DNA of 64,000 nt from assembly GCF_009914755.1 (NCBI RefSeq), contig NC_060929.1, one strand, 5' to 3'. This DNA is from the human T2T-CHM13v2.0 reference genome, Homo sapiens. Position numbers and translations under genes: made by a program. Positions 60,896-64,000 of this stretch are shown piece by piece. The stretch's first letter is position 1. Each line of letters opens with the position of its first letter. Below the pieces are notes generated by a model. It saw nothing but the letters and a program-made list of their open reading frames with translations. It searched no databases and was not told where the DNA came from.

Positions 60896-61489
60896 GCTGC
60901 CACAGCACCTATTTTTCCTCCTTTTATTTTGTAGTTTCTGACCATGGTCACATCTCTTCTTTTCTTCTTGTTTTTCACACCCTCCCAACATACCCTTTAA
61001 TTCTACCATTGCCAACCACTGTGTTAGACATTCTAGAGAAAAACAAAATCAGAATACAGAGTTTGTTAATCCTATTCTAGAGGTTGCATACTCAAGCAAT
61101 TTGACACTGATTTAGACTTCTGTAATTTAAATTTGTGCTCATTCAGAAAGGGCTTGACCTGATGACCACTTTGGCAATCATAGGATCTGCTAAACATGTG
61201 AAGAGCAAAAATATGATAATTGATAGTGTCCAGCCTGCAGAAGAGGATTGTTTTCAAGGCTTAAAACACCCATTGTTAGCAAGTTTTTTATTTGCTGAAT
61301 TATTTATCATCTCATGTTTTTTATTATATCATATGTTTAAAATTAGTCTTATAAGAATCTAACTTTACAAATTCAGATTGGCATTTATTATTCACTGCTC
61401 CAACATTTGTCCCCTTTTGGTTATTACAATTTATGCTGCTTCTACCTTACACTGCCACAGTAGGTCATGACTAATTTTGGAGAGATGGG

Positions 61490-61726
61490 TGGGTAAAAAT
61501 GATTCTGGGGTCAAATAAGTTTAGAAACTCTAATTCAAACACAAATTAAAGAGGACCTTTTTATTGTAAAATTAATCAGGCTCTTAAAATATCAGTGTGT
61601 GCCATCTTTCTCCAAAAAGGATATATTTTACTAGTTTTGCAAACTTCATCAGCCACAAGGGAAAAAAATTAAATAGTACCTTGAGAGATTGATATTTCAC
61701 AGAATACACTTATGAAATGCTGCCTA
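61490..61726. mobile_element. Possible hAT-Charlie fragment
   Basis: 'ttctggggtcaaataagtttagaaac...cacagaatacacttatgaaatgctg' resembles Charlie-type ends. Confidence 0.4.
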
Positions 61727-62141
<415 letters not shown>

Positions 62142-62167
62142 TCATTGTCCTATGTTCTCTGCAGATT

Positions 62168-62577
62168 TTTGTCCATTTTCTTTTGCTTATAACAGAATAC
62201 CTGAAACTGAGTCATTTATAAAGAAAATAATGTATTTATTACAGTTATGAAGGCCGGTAGGACAAGGTAGAGAGTCTTCATCTGGTGAAGGCCTTCTTGC
62301 TGGTGGGGAACTCTGCTAAGTCCCAAGGCAGTGAAGGTCATGACATGATAAGGGGGCTGAGCCTGCCAGCTCAGATCTCTCTTTATGTTCTTTTAAAACT
62401 GCCAGTTCCATTCCCATGATAACCTACTGATCCATTAACCCATGAATGAAGTAATCCATTCATGAGGGCAGAGCTCTCATAACCCAACAACCCCTTAAAG
62501 GCCCCACCTTTCAATACTGCAACATTTGGGATTATGTTTTCAACACATGAAATTAGGACCACATTCAAACCATAGCA
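62168..62577 (-). mobile_element. MST-type MaLR solo LTR
   Basis: 'gtccattttcttttgcttataacagaatacctgaaactg...cattcaaaccatagca'. Confidence 0.85.
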
Positions 62578-62814
62578 ACCTCTTAGGGAAAGCTCGGGAG
62601 TTTTTTTTAACATCAAGAGGCAGGAAGGTAGTAGAGACCTTAAGTAGTCCTGTAGTTTTTATTTTAGGACTGAATGTTACCTTAGACCCTAAGGATCAGA
62701 CAAGGCAAAAGATTCTAAGGGAATAATAGGGATTAAGGAGTAAAGAACATACTTGTGAGGAGGCAGTGGTGAAAAGAGGAGGGGAGAAGTGTATTTGATG
62801 CTATGTACCATTCA

Positions 62815-63142
62815 CGCTTATTTATTTATGTATTTTGAATAGGTTTATACTTACAAATAGTACCAGATTCAAAATATACAAAGAAGTACATAATGAAAAG
62901 TTAGTCTCTTTCTTCCCCATTTCCTCCAGCTACCCTGTTTCCTGTTCCCCTTACAAGAGTTATCAACTATTACTACTTTGTTGTGTTTCCCTCCAGAGAT
63001 ACTCTATGTTTTAAGCAAGAGACAGACAGACAGAAAGATTAGAGACAGAAAGACAGACAGACAGATAGATAGATAGATAGATAAAGATAGATACATAGGT
63101 ACGTAGATAGGTAGGTAGATAAATAAAGTTGCTGAGTTAACT

Positions 63143-63202
<60 letters not shown>

Positions 63203-63990
63203 TATTCTGGTCTACTCAAGATGGTTCCAAGTGATGGCTGTTGTCACAGATTAATTATTAATAGCACTCTCTTTGATTCTGAAAAACACCCTGTTTGGAC
63301 ATATTTATGTATAAATAAGCATACAATTTAGTCACACAAAAGGCAGCTACTGTGTACACTGTTCAGAAAGTTGCTTTGTTGCTTTTCTTCATTTAACTGT
63401 GTGTTTTGACAATGTACCCAAAAAAGAAAATATTGAGCTGCCTCTTTTGTTTTTGTAGCTGTGTAAAATAATCTTACCCACTGCACAGGTGTAACATAAC
63501 TTTTTAACCAGTCTTCCTTTAAGGGATTTACATTATTTCTAATCTTTGATTCTTATAATGGTAAAATTCATTTATTTGTGTATAGGTCATTTTACACAAA
63601 TACGAGTATATATGTAAGGTAAGTACCTAGGAATAAAACTGATGAGTTAACTTTGATAAATATTGTGAAATTACCTTCCGTAGAGGTTGTAAACAATGAC
63701 ACACCAAATTAGCCATATGTGAGAGTGACTTTCATCTGTACTCACTAATACAATGTTAGCAAATGTTTTTTCTTTGCCTACTTGTTGAAAATGGTGTATT
63801 AGTAGTTTTAGGTTGCATTTCTCTTAGTATGAGTGAAGTTATACATCTTTTCAGATATTTTGAGAGACATTTTCAATAATATTTCCTTTGAACTGTTTGC
63901 ATCCTTTACAAATTTTCTTACTGATTTGTAAGAGCTTATTTTTTAAAGAAATCTTCATTTGGTGATGAGTTTGAAAACATTTGCCTTAGT
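62815..63990 (-). mobile_element. Old L1ME-type 3' region interrupted by STRs
   Basis: 'gtagttttaggttgcatttctcttagtatgagtgaagttatacatcttttca' and similar reverse L1 3' motifs. Confidence 0.7.
63020..63200. repeat. (GACA)n/(GATA)n tetranucleotide STR complex; pure (AGAT)13 at 63144-63195
   Basis: Read directly. Confidence 0.95.
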
Positions 63991-64000
63991 TTGTTCCTTG

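Overview
This is primate (human-like) genomic DNA. It is AT-rich, CpG-poor and dominated by interspersed repeats, and I found no intact protein-coding gene. The only long ORFs are disrupted LINE-1 ORF1/ORF2 and a minus-strand, 5'-truncated retrocopy of ITFG2 (KICSTOR subunit). The centre (14.6-28.1 kb) is a nested LINE-1 stack: an old L1M carries the ITFG2 retrocopy and a twin-primed L1PA2/3 fragment, followed by a ~6 kb L1 and two older L1PA 3' ends. Other elements are a full THE1A MaLR provirus, an LTR10 solo LTR with p53 motifs, MLT1/MST LTRs, Alus, L2/MIR relics and STRs. I see no convincing evidence of a wholly new biological system. The best leads are: (1) the retrocopy starts with an apparent intronic splice acceptor; (2) the ~6 kb L1 looks like an L1PA3/L1PA5 chimera without TSDs; (3) a ~240 bp inverted repeat pair 2.7 kb apart; (4) a 36 bp hairpin at a MER5A edge; (5) a chain of canonical minus-strand exons suggesting an unrecognised spliced transcript; (6) an unidentified retrocopy-like insert at 29.4-29.9 kb. 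Repeat subfamily calls come from recalled consensus diagnostics, not from a RepeatMasker run.
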